Under the pieces are notes generated by a model. That model was not told the origin of the DNA. It ran no database searches and was given only the letters and a program-made list of their open reading frames with translations. DNA of 64,000 bases. Source: an uncultured Pseudomonadota bacterium. GTDB lineage: Bacteria > Pseudomonadota > Alphaproteobacteria > JACZXZ01. Shown here piece by piece: positions 39,575 through 49,803 of the stretch (positions within the stretch are counted from its first letter, which is position 1; every line of letters begins with the position of its first letter). The DNA is taken from NCBI GenBank assembly GCA_963749075.1, contig CAVVLJ010000016.1:1184001-1248000 (forward strand). Direction: 5' to 3'. A program made the translations under genes and the position numbers.

Positions 39575-40360
39575 GCTTATCGCCCGCCAAAGCGAGTGCT
39601 GCCGTCCCGGCACGGCTGCCGCGGCTGCAACGAAGCCGCGTCGTCCAGGACGTTCGAGCGGCGCCTTTTCCTCTCCAAGAGCCTGAGCATCGGCGCCCTG
39701 ACGTTGCTCAGCGGTTGCGACCTCACCGATCAGGATGCGGTGCAATCGGTGCTGAACGCCATCAGCCGGTGGAACGACCGCGTGCAGGCGTTCCTCTTCG
39801 ACCCCGCGCGCCTCGCGCCCACCTACCCGGAGAGCGCGGTCGTGCGCGACTTCCATTACAATTCCTATTACGCCTATCTGGGCGAGGAGAAGATTCCGCA
39901 CGTCGACGGCGCCAGCTACAAGCTCGAGCTCGGCGGCCTCATCGCGAACAAGCGGCCGTGGACGCTCGCAGAGCTCTACGCGCTGCCGCAAAGCTCGCAG
40001 ATCACGCGCCACGTCTGCGTCGAGGGCTGGAGCATGATCGGCAAATGGAGCGGCCCCACGCTACGCTCGTTCCTCGAGCGCGTCGGCGCCGATCTCACGG
40101 CGAGCTACGTCGGCTTCCTCTGCGCCGACGGCTATTACGGCAGCCTCGACATGCCGAGCGCCTTGCATCCGCAGACCATCCTCGCCTTCAAGTTCGCCGA
40201 CGAGTTGCTGCCGCCGCGCTTCGGCTTTCCCATGAAGGTGCGCGTGCCGACCAAGCTCGGCTTCAAGAACCCGAAGCACATCATGGCCATCTTCGTCACC
40301 AACCGCTTCCCGGGCGGCTTCTGGGAGGACCGCGGATACAACTGGTTCGCCGGCACATGA
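39571..40360 (+). CDS. Molybdopterin-dependent oxidoreductase, sulfite oxidase/MsrP-like (frameshift at ~39653)
   Basis: Tat motif ERRLFL, RHVCVEGWS Moco Cys, ALHPQT, GFPMKVRVPTKLGFKNPK, GGFWEDRGY. Confidence 0.9.
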
Positions 40361-41190
40361 CGGACGAGCGGGCGCCGCCTCGAGCGACGGGGAACCGCGC
40401 GCTCTGCGCCATAGCCGTCATGGCGAAAGCGCCCCGGCCGGGCAAGGCCAAGACGCGATTGGTCCCGCCCCTCAGCTGCGAGGAGGCCGCGGACTTGAGC
40501 GCCGCATTCCTCCGTGACGTGACGGAGAATGTGGCGCTGGCGTCGGCGGAGGTGGCGATCCGCTGCTACGTGGCCTATGCCCCCGCCGGCAGCGCCGACC
40601 TCTTCGACGGCATGCTGGCGCCGGAGACGCGCCTCTTGCTTGCCGACGGCTCGCCCGCGATGCCGCCGCGCGTCAACGGCTTCGGACGCAGCCTGCTGCA
40701 TGCCGCGCAAGGCCTCTTCGATCGCGGCTACGGTGCCGCCTGCCTCCTCAATTCGGACAGCCCCACGCTGCCGACGGCAGTGCTGCGCGAAGCCGCCAAG
40801 GCGTTGGCGCAGCCGGGAGACCGCATCGTGCTCGGGCCGGCCGAGGACGGCGGCTATTATCTGCTCGGCCTCAAGGCGCCCCATGCCCGGCTCTTCGAGG
40901 ATGTGCGCTGGAGCAGCGAGCATGTCGCGGCCGAGACCTGCGCGCGGGCAGCGTCGCTCGGCCTCGAGATCGTCCGCCTGGCTCCCTGGTACGACGTTGA
41001 CGATCGCGCGGCGCTCGGAAGATTGATCGGCGAGCTCTCCACCATGAGCGCGCGGCGGCGCGACGCCCGGGCGCCCTATCCCGCACCCGCGACGGCCGCC
41101 TGCATCTCCCGCTTGCGGCTGGGCGAGCGGCTGGCCGGCGCCGGCTTTGCACGCGATTTGCGCGTCCCTGCCGGCGGCGTGGCGCCGTGA
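40357..41190 (+). CDS. DUF2064/TIGR04282-type transferase
   Basis: MAKAPRPGKAKTRL, NSDSPTLP, VLGPAEDGGYYLLG, WYDVDD. Confidence 0.9.
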   Translation: MTDERAPPRATGNRALCAIAVMAKAPRPGKAKTRLVPPLSCEEAADLSAAFLRDVTENVALASAEVAIRCYVAYAPAGSADLFDGMLAPETRLLLADGSPAMPPRVNGFGRSLLHAAQGLFDRGYGAACLLNSDSPTLPTAVLREAAKALAQPGDRIVLGPAEDGGYYLLGLKAPHARLFEDVRWSSEHVAAETCARAASLGLEIVRLAPWYDVDDRAALGRLIGELSTMSARRRDARAPYPAPATAACISRLRLGERLAGAGFARDLRVPAGGVAP

Positions 41191-42545
41191 GGTTCGTTCC
41201 CTCGCGCGCGCAACTCCTCGTGCTGATCGCTGCCGGGCTGCTGGCACTCACGGCGCTCGGCATGACGGTCTACCTCCCGAGCGAGGCCGAGATCGGCTCC
41301 CGGACCCGCATGGAGTTCTTCGTGGCCGTGGCGCTCGCCTCGGGCGTCCTCTATCTCGCCGCCGTCGCACTGGTGCTCCGCGGTCCGCTGCCGCGTCATG
41401 CACTTCTTCTCATTCTCGCCGCCGCCGGCGCCATGCGGCTCATTCCGCTCACCACCTTGCCCTTCCTTTCGACCGACATCTATCGCTACGTGTGGGACGG
41501 CAAGGTGCAAGTGGCCGGCATCAATCCCTATCTCCGTGTCCCCGACGCCCCGGAGCTCGCGGCCCTGCGCGACGCGAAGATCTTCCCCAGGGTCAATCGC
41601 GCCAACTACGCGCTCACCGTCTATCCGCCGGCGGCACAGGCGATCTTCTTTCTCGTCACGCGGCTGAGCCCGACCGTGCCGGCCATGAAGATCGCCATGG
41701 TCGCGTTCGAGGCCGTTGCCATCGCCGCCTTGGTGGCACTCCTCGGCATGGCCGGCCTGGCGCGCGAGCGGGTGCTGATCTACGCCTGGAATCCGCTCGC
41801 CGTCTGGGAGTTCGCGGGGAGCGGCCACATCGACGCCGCGGTCATCGCATTCGTCGCATTGGCGCTTCTCGCGCGCGCGCGCGGCCGCATGCTCTTGACC
41901 GGTGCCGCGCTCGGCGCCGCCATCCTCGTCAAATTCCTCCCGGCCGTGCTGCTGCCCGCCCTGTGGCGGAAATGGGACATGCGCATGCCCGCGGCTTGCG
42001 CCGCCGTGATCGCCGGCTTCTATCTCCTCTACAGCGGTGCCGGGGCCAATGTCCTCGGCTTCCTCCCGGGCTACGGGGCGGAAGAAGGCTTCCGTCAGGG
42101 GGACGGCTTCTATCTCCTCTTTGCGCTCGCGCGCATCGGCGAGGCGCCCGCGGTCTCGCTCTATCTCGCGGCCGTGGTGCTGCTCTTGGCCGGACTTGCC
42201 GCCTGGATGGTCTTCCTCCGCGAGCCCCGAGAGGTCCGCGACGGCGACCCCGTCGCCGCCGCCCGGGACATGCTGATCCTGGCGACGGCGTTGATGCTCG
42301 CCATCACGCCGCACTACGCTTGGTATTTCGCCTGGCTGGCCCTGCCGGCGTGCCTCTACCCGTCATTGAGCGTGCTCTACCTCACGCTCGCGGGCTTCCT
42401 GCTCTACTTGGACCCCGGCCACACGATGATGCTGTGGCGCGGCTTGATCTACGGCCCCTTTCTGGCGCTCGCGCTCGCCGAGCTCCTGTGGCGCCACCGG
42501 GCGCAGATGACCCCGATGCTTCGCACCTCGAGGAGGAGCCCATGA
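41187..42545 (+). CDS. GT-C fold membrane glycosyltransferase (GT87-like)
   Basis: LSTDIYRYVWDG, TVYPP, YAWNPL, GHID, PHYAWY. Confidence 0.85.
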   Translation: MRFVPSRAQLLVLIAAGLLALTALGMTVYLPSEAEIGSRTRMEFFVAVALASGVLYLAAVALVLRGPLPRHALLLILAAAGAMRLIPLTTLPFLSTDIYRYVWDGKVQVAGINPYLRVPDAPELAALRDAKIFPRVNRANYALTVYPPAAQAIFFLVTRLSPTVPAMKIAMVAFEAVAIAALVALLGMAGLARERVLIYAWNPLAVWEFAGSGHIDAAVIAFVALALLARARGRMLLTGAALGAAILVKFLPAVLLPALWRKWDMRMPAACAAVIAGFYLLYSGAGANVLGFLPGYGAEEGFRQGDGFYLLFALARIGEAPAVSLYLAAVVLLLAGLAAWMVFLREPREVRDGDPVAAARDMLILATALMLAITPHYAWYFAWLALPACLYPSLSVLYLTLAGFLLYLDPGHTMMLWRGLIYGPFLALALAELLWRHRAQMTPMLRTSRRSP

Positions 42546-43597
42546 CGCCGGCCAGCCCGCTCAAGGACCCGCGGCGCTATTTCGAGGAGGTCGCGCAATC
42601 GCGCGGCGCCATCGCCGAGGCGCCGCCGGTCTGCCTCTATCTCGAGACCACCAATCGCTGCAACCTCCTCTGCGAGACCTGCCCGCGCACCTTCGAGACG
42701 CTCGAGCCGCCCCAGGACATGAGCTGGGAGCTCTTCACCTCGATCGTCGACCAGTTCCCCGACATCGCCCGCGTGGTGCTGCACGGAGTCGGCGAGCCGA
42801 TGATGGTGCGCGAGCTGCCGCGCATGATCCGCTATCTCAAGGAGCGCGGCACCTACGTGCTGTTCAACACCAACGGCACGCTGCTGACCGCGCGCAAGCG
42901 CCAGGACCTCGTCGATACCGGCCTGGACGAGCTGCGCGTCTCGCTCGACGCCGCCGACGCGAAGGCCTTCCGCGCGGTGCGCGGGCGCGACTTCTTCGAC
43001 CGCATCGTGCGCAACGTGCGGGACTTCACCGCCTTCCAGCGGCGCACCGGCGCCGCCACGCCGCGCGTCTCGCTCTGGCTCACGGGCCTCAAGGAGACGG
43101 TGGCCCAGCTTCCGGCCTTCGTGCGCCTGGCAAGCGAGATCGGCGTGCGCGAGGTCCATCTGCAGCGCCTGGTCTTCATGGCCGGCGGAGCCGGTCTCGC
43201 GCGGCCCGAGTCCTCGCTCTTCGAACGCACCGCGCGCGAGGAGGAGGCCGCCATCCGCGAGGCGCAGGAGATCGCCGCCGCACTTGGCGTGACGCTCGAC
43301 GCATCCGGGGCGACCGAGCCGGGCCTCAGCCTCAAGCGCCAGGAGGAGGACCGCCCCTGGTCCACCTGCCGGCGCCCCTGGTCGCTCATGTATTTCACCG
43401 CGCACGGCCGGGCGCTCCCCTGCTGCATCGCACCCTTCTCGGCGCGCGGCTACGAGAGCTACACGCTCGGCGACGCCACCCAGGAGAGCCTGCGCGAGAT
43501 GTGGAACGGCCCGGCCTATCAGGCGTTCCGCACGGCGCTCCTGAGCGACGCACCGCCCAAGCCGTGCGAGAATTGCGGCCTGCGCTGGAGCCTCTAG
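42542..43597 (+). CDS. Radical SAM protein with SPASM/twitch domain
   Basis: CNLLCETC, HGVGEP, NTNG; C-terminal CRRPW...PCC...CENC. Confidence 0.93.
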   Translation: MTPASPLKDPRRYFEEVAQSRGAIAEAPPVCLYLETTNRCNLLCETCPRTFETLEPPQDMSWELFTSIVDQFPDIARVVLHGVGEPMMVRELPRMIRYLKERGTYVLFNTNGTLLTARKRQDLVDTGLDELRVSLDAADAKAFRAVRGRDFFDRIVRNVRDFTAFQRRTGAATPRVSLWLTGLKETVAQLPAFVRLASEIGVREVHLQRLVFMAGGAGLARPESSLFERTAREEEAAIREAQEIAAALGVTLDASGATEPGLSLKRQEEDRPWSTCRRPWSLMYFTAHGRALPCCIAPFSARGYESYTLGDATQESLREMWNGPAYQAFRTALLSDAPPKPCENCGLRWSL

Positions 43598-43601
43598 TCC
43601 G

Positions 43602-44348
43602 ATGGCGGCGGTCCGCCCCAGCGCGCCCGAGTCCGCGGTCGCCGTCGTCATCCCGACCTTGAACGAGGCGGGTGCCATCGCCCGCGTCATCGCCGAGATC
43701 CCCCGGCCGCTCGCGCGCGAGATCATCGTCGCCGACAGCGGGAGTACGGACGGCACCGCCGAGACGGCGCGTGCCGCAGGGGCGCGCGTCGTCTCCATGG
43801 CCGAGCGCGGCTACGGCCGCGCCTGCGCCGCGGGCGCCGCGGCCGCAGCGCCCGAATGCGCCATCATCGTCTTTCTCGACGGCGACGGCAGCGACCGCGC
43901 CGATCTGATGCCGGAGCTGGTGGCGCCCATCCAGGCGGGCACCCACGATTTCGTCATCGCCTCGCGGGCACGGGGGAAGCGCGAGCCGGGTGCCATGAGC
44001 TGGCATCAGCTCCTCGCCGGCTACCTCGCCGGCATCGTCACATGGGCACTCTACGGCGTGCGCTACAGCGACATGTGCGCCTTCCGCGCCATCCGCCGCG
44101 AGGAGCTCGAGCGTCTCGCCTTGCGCGAGAAGACCTATGGCTGGAACATCGAGATGCAGATGCAGGCGGCGCGCGCGGGCCTGCGCATCCTCGAGGTCCC
44201 GGTGCCGTACCGGCGGCGCCTGGCCGGAACCTCGAAGGTCGCGGGCTCGCTCCGCGGCACCATCCACGCGGCATCGCGCATCATCGCGACCTGCGCCCGA
44301 GTCGCAAGCTCGCCCGCGCCGCGGCGAGCGGAGCCGGCTCCCGATTGA
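43602..44348 (+). CDS. GT2 glycosyltransferase
   Basis: IPTLNE, DSGSTDGT, RGYGRAC, DGDGSD, YGWNIEMQ. Confidence 0.92.
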   Translation: MAAVRPSAPESAVAVVIPTLNEAGAIARVIAEIPRPLAREIIVADSGSTDGTAETARAAGARVVSMAERGYGRACAAGAAAAAPECAIIVFLDGDGSDRADLMPELVAPIQAGTHDFVIASRARGKREPGAMSWHQLLAGYLAGIVTWALYGVRYSDMCAFRAIRREELERLALREKTYGWNIEMQMQAARAGLRILEVPVPYRRRLAGTSKVAGSLRGTIHAASRIIATCARVASSPAPRRAEPAPD

Positions 44349-44462
44349 GGGTGGTTTTCGTAAGCTCTCCCGAGGGCTATCCTCTCCGCCAGGCGCGCGC
44401 ATCGGCCGTCCAGCGGGGAAGCCTTGGGCCATGGCACTGTCGTCGTCGCGAGGGTCTGGGGC

Positions 44463-45749
44463 ATGAAGATCGGCGTGCTCGGCGGCGGGCTCACGGGCCT
44501 CGTCGTAGCTAGCCGGTGCCGCCATGACTGCGAGGTCCTCGAGCTCGACGATGCGCCCGGCGGCCATTGCCGCAGCCTCGTCGAGGAGGGCTACACCTTC
44601 GATCAGGGCGGCCCGCACATCCTCTTCTCGAGCAACAAGGAGATCGTGGCGCTGCTCCACGCGCAGCTCGGCGACAACCTCGCCCGGCGACGGCGCAACA
44701 ACCGCATCTGGTACGACGGCCGCACCGTCAAATATCCCTTCGAGAACGGCCTCTACGACCTCAAGCCGCAGGACCGCTTCGAATGCCTCTACCATTACCT
44801 CCACAACGACTATCCCAAGCCGGGCAATTTCAAGGAGTGGATCTACCACGTCTTCGGCAAGGGCATCGCCGAGAAGTACATGCTCCCCTACAACGAGAAG
44901 ATCTGGAACCTGCCGGCCGAGAAGATGGCCTTCGACTGGGTCGAAGGCCGCGTGCCGCGCCCGCCCGTCGAGGACGTGATCAAGTCCGCGGTCGGCGTCG
45001 AGACCGAGGGCTACACCCACCAGCTCTACTTCGACTATCCCAGGCACGGCGGCATCGAGGCGCTGCCGCGCTCCTTTGCCCGCGAATGCCGCGCCATCGC
45101 GCTCAACTTCCGGGTGGAGAAGGTGTGGCGCGAAGCCGGCCGCTGGCACGTCGCCGACGGGACCAACGTCAAGCGCTACGACCGCATCGTCTCCACCATC
45201 CCCATCGAAGATCTGCTCGCGGGCCTCCCCGACGTGCCGCCTGCGATCCTCGAGGGCGTGCGGGGCTTGCGCTACAATTCGCTCATCGTGGTGATGCTCG
45301 GCGCCGAATGCGCGGCGCCGCCGCCCTTTACCGCGCTCTACGTGCCCGACCCCGCCTTCCCCTTCCATCGCCTGTCGTTCCCGCTCAATTTCACCGACGA
45401 GGGCGCCCCTCCGGGACACGTGGCGGTGGCGGCCGAGATCACCAGCAATCCAGGGGACGGTTTCCACGAGCTCGGCGACGAGGAGATCTCCCGGCGCGTC
45501 ATAGGCGGCATCGAGAGGATGGAGCTCTTGGCGCCCGGCAGCATCCGCTTCTGCCGCGTGCACCGTACCAAGCACGCCTACGTGGTGCGCACCTTCGATT
45601 ACCGCGAGAAGCTGAGCGCTGCGCTGGCCTATCTCAACGGTCTCGGCATCGTGAGCGTCGGCCGTAATGCCGAGTTCGAATACATCAACATGGACGAGGC
45701 GGCGCGGCGCGCCTTGGCCGCCGCAGCCCTGCTCGACGGCGAGCGCTGA
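44463..45749 (+). CDS. FAD-dependent oxidoreductase, UDP-galactopyranose mutase-like
   Basis: GGGLTG, FDQGGPH, YNEKIW, YPRHGG, GRNAEFEYINMD. Confidence 0.8.
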   Translation: MKIGVLGGGLTGLVVASRCRHDCEVLELDDAPGGHCRSLVEEGYTFDQGGPHILFSSNKEIVALLHAQLGDNLARRRRNNRIWYDGRTVKYPFENGLYDLKPQDRFECLYHYLHNDYPKPGNFKEWIYHVFGKGIAEKYMLPYNEKIWNLPAEKMAFDWVEGRVPRPPVEDVIKSAVGVETEGYTHQLYFDYPRHGGIEALPRSFARECRAIALNFRVEKVWREAGRWHVADGTNVKRYDRIVSTIPIEDLLAGLPDVPPAILEGVRGLRYNSLIVVMLGAECAAPPPFTALYVPDPAFPFHRLSFPLNFTDEGAPPGHVAVAAEITSNPGDGFHELGDEEISRRVIGGIERMELLAPGSIRFCRVHRTKHAYVVRTFDYREKLSAALAYLNGLGIVSVGRNAEFEYINMDEAARRALAAAALLDGER

Positions 45750-45762
45750 GCATCCGCCGGCC

Positions 45763-47238
45763 TCAGCCCGCTGGCGTGCCGCCCGCGAAGCGCACTCGAA
45801 AGATCGCGTAGCTCCCGCCCGCACCGGCGAAGCGTGCCGCCTCGCGCAGCTGCACGCCCTCTGCGTCGAGACGCCGGATCATGGCGGCGTCGATGCGGTG
45901 GTCCTGAGCACCCGCATCGCAGACGAGATAGAGCGCCCCGCCCTTGGGCGCCGCCTTGAGCCAAGCCGCGAGATCGTCGCTCGACGGCTCCGCATCCGCC
46001 GGGTAGTTCCAGACGACGAAGCTCTCGTAGCGCTGCGCCTGGAGATTGTAGACCGGCCGCTCGAGATAGGCCGCGGCCTCGATCCCCATCCATCCCGGGT
46101 AGGCCGCCACCACCGCATCGGCACCGCCATGGTCGCGCAGCCAGGCGGCAGCCTCGCGCCCCGGCGAGGGAGCGGGCGGCAGCGCGGCGTAGATCGACCA
46201 GGCGCCGGCCGCTGCCGCGACGATAAGCCAGAGGCGGAAGACAAGGCTCGGCGGCCGCCGGGGATTGTCCTCGCGGTCCATCCAATGCAGCCCGACGAGC
46301 GCCACGAAGACGAGCCCATAATGCCGGTCGTAGCCGGAGTAGAGGGCGGCGCCGATGAGAAAGAGCGCCGCCGCGACCGCTCCGTAGACGGCGCACAGGA
46401 GCGCCGTGCGGCGGAGCGAGGCGAGGCCCAGGGCGAGGGCGGCCACGCCGAGGGCGAGCGGGCCGAGGGCGCCGCAGTCCGTGCAGACGCGGCTCCAGGC
46501 GAAACCCCCGGGCGGCGTCCAATTGACCGGCACGAAGGCGCCCGAAAGGCGCGCGAGTGCGACCAAGGCGCGCGCGGCGGCACCCCCCGGCTGCACCGCC
46601 ACGATGGTATCGGGTGCGGGAAATGCGGTGACGATGGCCAAGGCGGCGAGGACCAGGCAAAGGGCGATGCCGGGTAGCGAGCGCGGCCCGCGATAGAGCA
46701 TGAGGCAGCCGAAGATGCCGCCCAAGGCCAGGAAGTGGATGCCGACGTTGGCCATCAGCCCGAGCGCCAGCCACGACCAGGCCGAGCGCCGCAAGGCGAC
46801 AAAGGCGAAGAAGAGCACGACGCCGAGCCCATAGCCGGGCGCCACGATCGCGTAGTCGAAGGCGAGGTGATAGCTGAGGGAGAGCAGCAGCTTCTCGAGC
46901 CAGCCGAAGGGCGAGGCGAGCCAGACCAGGCCGAGGCTCGCAATTGCGATGGCGGCCTGGAGCACCCTCACCACGACGGGATCGTCATATAGGCGATCGG
47001 CAACGAGGAGCAGCAGGTGCCAGAGGCCCGGGTGCCCCTCGTGGCCGAGATTGTGATAGAGGCCGACGAGGCCGCTAGAGCCGCGGGCTATGAGGAAGGC
47101 CTGGAGCTCATGGCGCGACGGGTCGTGGCTGAAGGCGAAATACCCTTCCGCTACGGCAAGCAGCAAAAAGGCGGCCCAGCGGGAAGCCGATTGCGAAGCG
47201 AGCACACCGGCTCGGGGTCCGCCTGATGCGCCAGTCAT
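45763..47238 (-). CDS. Polytopic membrane protein, probable GT-C fold
   Basis: RHELQAFLIAR...EGHPGLWHLLL first-loop motif and many TM helices. Confidence 0.65.
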   Translation of the reverse strand: MTGASGGPRAGVLASQSASRWAAFLLLAVAEGYFAFSHDPSRHELQAFLIARGSSGLVGLYHNLGHEGHPGLWHLLLLVADRLYDDPVVVRVLQAAIAIASLGLVWLASPFGWLEKLLLSLSYHLAFDYAIVAPGYGLGVVLFFAFVALRRSAWSWLALGLMANVGIHFLALGGIFGCLMLYRGPRSLPGIALCLVLAALAIVTAFPAPDTIVAVQPGGAAARALVALARLSGAFVPVNWTPPGGFAWSRVCTDCGALGPLALGVAALALGLASLRRTALLCAVYGAVAAALFLIGAALYSGYDRHYGLVFVALVGLHWMDREDNPRRPPSLVFRLWLIVAAAAGAWSIYAALPPAPSPGREAAAWLRDHGGADAVVAAYPGWMGIEAAAYLERPVYNLQAQRYESFVVWNYPADAEPSSDDLAAWLKAAPKGGALYLVCDAGAQDHRIDAAMIRRLDAEGVQLREAARFAGAGGSYAIFRVRFAGGTPAG

Positions 47239-47430
47239 GCGCCGCAAGGTAGCGCTCTCGGCACCGTCCGCTCAACCGGAATCGAGGTGCGGCGGTGCCG
47301 CGACCGGCGGCACGCGCGGGCGCGGTTATTCGCGCTTGAAAATGGCTCGTAGTTGAAGAATACTGCCCGCGCGCAACTTTGCTTGCAAGAGCGTGGAAGA
47401 TTGTGCGACGAGGCTGATGGGAGGAGCGAG

Positions 47431-47931
47431 ATGCGTGGAGCGCGACGGACGCATGAACGTGACGGAGCAAAAACCAGGGAAGGTGCGGCAAATATCTATC
47501 CGATCGATGCGCGGGTCGGCGCGCGCGTGCGCAAGCGCCGCGTCGAGCTCGGCATGACCCAGCAGGCGCTCGGCGGGGCGGTCAATCTGAGCTACCAGCA
47601 GATACAGAAGTACGAGCGCGGCACAAATCGCATTACCGCGGGCCTGCTCTGGGTCTTGAGCGAGGTGCTCGAGGTCGATGTGGCCTATTTTTACGCCGCC
47701 GTCGACGGCGCCCTGGTCAAGGCCAGCGCCGATATCCTGGCGCCGCGGCAGAGCGTGCGTGGGACGCCGTCGGACCGCGAGACCTTGGAGCTCATCAAGG
47801 GCTATCGCGCGGTGCGGGATCCGAAGATCCGGCGCTCCATCCGAAACACCATCTCCACATTCGCCAAGCTCGAGCGCAACGGCGCTCAGCGCAACCGGCA
47901 GCCAGCCAAGGGCCGGCCGGCCGGCGCTTGA
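47431..47931 (+). CDS. Xre-family HTH transcriptional regulator
   Basis: VGARVRKRR...GMTQQALG...YQQIQKYERGTNRI. Confidence 0.9.
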   Translation: MRGARRTHERDGAKTREGAANIYPIDARVGARVRKRRVELGMTQQALGGAVNLSYQQIQKYERGTNRITAGLLWVLSEVLEVDVAYFYAAVDGALVKASADILAPRQSVRGTPSDRETLELIKGYRAVRDPKIRRSIRNTISTFAKLERNGAQRNRQPAKGRPAGA

Positions 47932-47946
47932 CGCCCAGGGCGCCCC

Positions 47947-48897
47947 TCAGGGGCCGGGGAGGCCCGCCGTTTTCCTGACGCTCCGCATCGGAGCCGAGGT
48001 CGTCAGGAAGAGGCCGATGAAAATTACCGCTACGCCGGCGAGCGTGTCGATGTCGAAGCGCTCGCCGAAGAGGAGCGCTCCGAGGCCCATCGACACCGCG
48101 ATCACCACATAGCCGAGCTGGCTGAAGGTGACGGGGCCGGTCAGGCGCTGCAGCGTGAACGACATGACGAAGCCGGCGGCGGAGAGGACGCCGGCGGCGA
48201 ACGGGATCCAGTGGGAGGCGCCCGGAGCCGGGACGGCGCCGAAGACCAGCATCGCGGGTGCTATCCATATTGCCGCCGCGATCAGCATGCCGCCCGCCAG
48301 CATCTCGGGCGGCGCGTCATGCGGCCAGTCGAGCGTGCGGTAGATATTGGCGACCGCCACCGTGATCGGTGCCGCGAGGACCACGAGCGTCCAGCGGAAA
48401 AGCTCCGGCGTGAGCGCCATCCCCTGCGGGCTCACCAGGAGGGCGGTGCCGAAGGCGCCCATCGCCAGGCCCGTGATGCGCAAGGCATGGGGACGCTCCA
48501 TGCGCAGGACGAGGGCCAGGAGATAGGTGAGGAGCGAGGGCAGCGCATAGGCGATCGAGGCGTGGCCGGCGCCGATATGCGGCACGCTCAGAAAGAGGAG
48601 CGTATTGGGCAACCCGATGGAGCACAGGCCCGTCACCAGATAGTAGCGGAAGTGATGGAGCGTGAGGCCCGGCCGCACCCCGCGGCAGAGTCCGAAGAGC
48701 ACGATGATGGTGCCGCCGATGAGGACCTGCCAGAAGCTGAAGGCGACCGCGGGAATGCCCTTGGCCGCGGCCGCCCTGCTCAGCACCACGGTGACGCCGA
48801 GGAGGGTCCCGGTGCCGACGAGCAGCCCCATCGCCGATGCGACGTTGGCGCCGATCGGCTGGCCGCAGGAGGATGACCCGCATGGCTTCGTTGACAC
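47947..48897 (-). CDS. DMT/EamA family transporter
   Basis: Ten TM helices in two repeats, GPVTFSQLGY, LFGE; start uncertain. Confidence 0.88.
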   Translation of the reverse strand: MSTKPCGSSSCGQPIGANVASAMGLLVGTGTLLGVTVVLSRAAAAKGIPAVAFSFWQVLIGGTIIVLFGLCRGVRPGLTLHHFRYYLVTGLCSIGLPNTLLFLSVPHIGAGHASIAYALPSLLTYLLALVLRMERPHALRITGLAMGAFGTALLVSPQGMALTPELFRWTLVVLAAPITVAVANIYRTLDWPHDAPPEMLAGGMLIAAAIWIAPAMLVFGAVPAPGASHWIPFAAGVLSAAGFVMSFTLQRLTGPVTFSQLGYVVIAVSMGLGALLFGERFDIDTLAGVAVIFIGLFLTTSAPMRSVRKTAGLPGP

Positions 48898-48975
48898 AGG
48901 AAGGCCTCGGACTTACGGTGCTGTCAACGGGTTAACGCCCGCAACGACCGCGCGGGCTGGAATCGACGGCATAGC

Positions 48976-49803
48976 ATGGTGGGCTCTCCCGAAGGACGCC
49001 GCTACGTCTCGACGCTCGAGATTTACAATCTGCGGATCAAGGGACGATGGACGACGGTACGGATGGAGCCGCCGATCATGGACGCGCTCCGCACCATCGC
49101 CGTTGCCGAATCGATCTCGGTCCATGAGCTGTGCTCGCGCATCGCCGCCAAGCGGACGGTCGGCAGCCTGACCTCGGCGCTGCGTCTCTACGCCGCGACC
49201 TATTTCCGCAGTCGCTGCGAGGCTGTGACGGGCGCGCTGTCGGGCTCGTCGGGCCTCGCTTCCGAAATCCTGACCTACCGCAACCTCCATCTGGAGACGG
49301 ACGAGCGCGACTACGTCGTGCGCAACCAGATGGACCTCGCCGAGGCCCACGCCGAGCATCCGGGTCTCGGCTTCCTCCTCGCCTATTGGCGGGCGCTGGG
49401 CGGCGGCCATCCGCCGCCCTCCTCGGCGATCGACCTCGAGTCGCTGGCGCGCGTCGATTTTCTCAACTGGGTTCATCTCATCGATGTCTCGGCAGCCGAT
49501 CCGGACGAGTTCCGCAGCCTGCGCCAGGCGCCCGGCACCATGATCTTCCGCCGGCCGGACAATATACCGCTGCGGGCATTCGGAAATTCCCTCTATATCC
49601 AGTCGCTCAAGGCGGACTACCAGGCGGTCAAGCGCTCGCGGCAGCCGCTCTTCCAGCGGCTTTCGGTCAAATCGCCGGAAGGCTCGATCCGCTATCTGCG
49701 CCTAATCTTGCCATGGGCACGGCGAGATGGAGAGATCGAGCGACTGGTCGTGGGGGTCTACCCGATAACGCCGCGAGCTCGGCATGCGACATCCACAGCA
49801 TAG
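48976..49803 (+). CDS. Ribbon-helix-helix domain fused to a PAS-like domain
   Basis: N-terminal TTVRMEP..MDALRTIA...SLTSALR; C-terminal LLAYWRAL...P...IDL...VHLIDV...YLRLILPW. Confidence 0.75.
   Translation: MVGSPEGRRYVSTLEIYNLRIKGRWTTVRMEPPIMDALRTIAVAESISVHELCSRIAAKRTVGSLTSALRLYAATYFRSRCEAVTGALSGSSGLASEILTYRNLHLETDERDYVVRNQMDLAEAHAEHPGLGFLLAYWRALGGGHPPPSSAIDLESLARVDFLNWVHLIDVSAADPDEFRSLRQAPGTMIFRRPDNIPLRAFGNSLYIQSLKADYQAVKRSRQPLFQRLSVKSPEGSIRYLRLILPWARRDGEIERLVVGVYPITPRARHATSTA

Noticed and set aside
38938-43597. Apparent 750-aa and 816-aa fusion proteins in the ORF track
   Set aside because: Upstream parts are off-frame readings of neighbouring genes; real starts are at 40357 and 42542.
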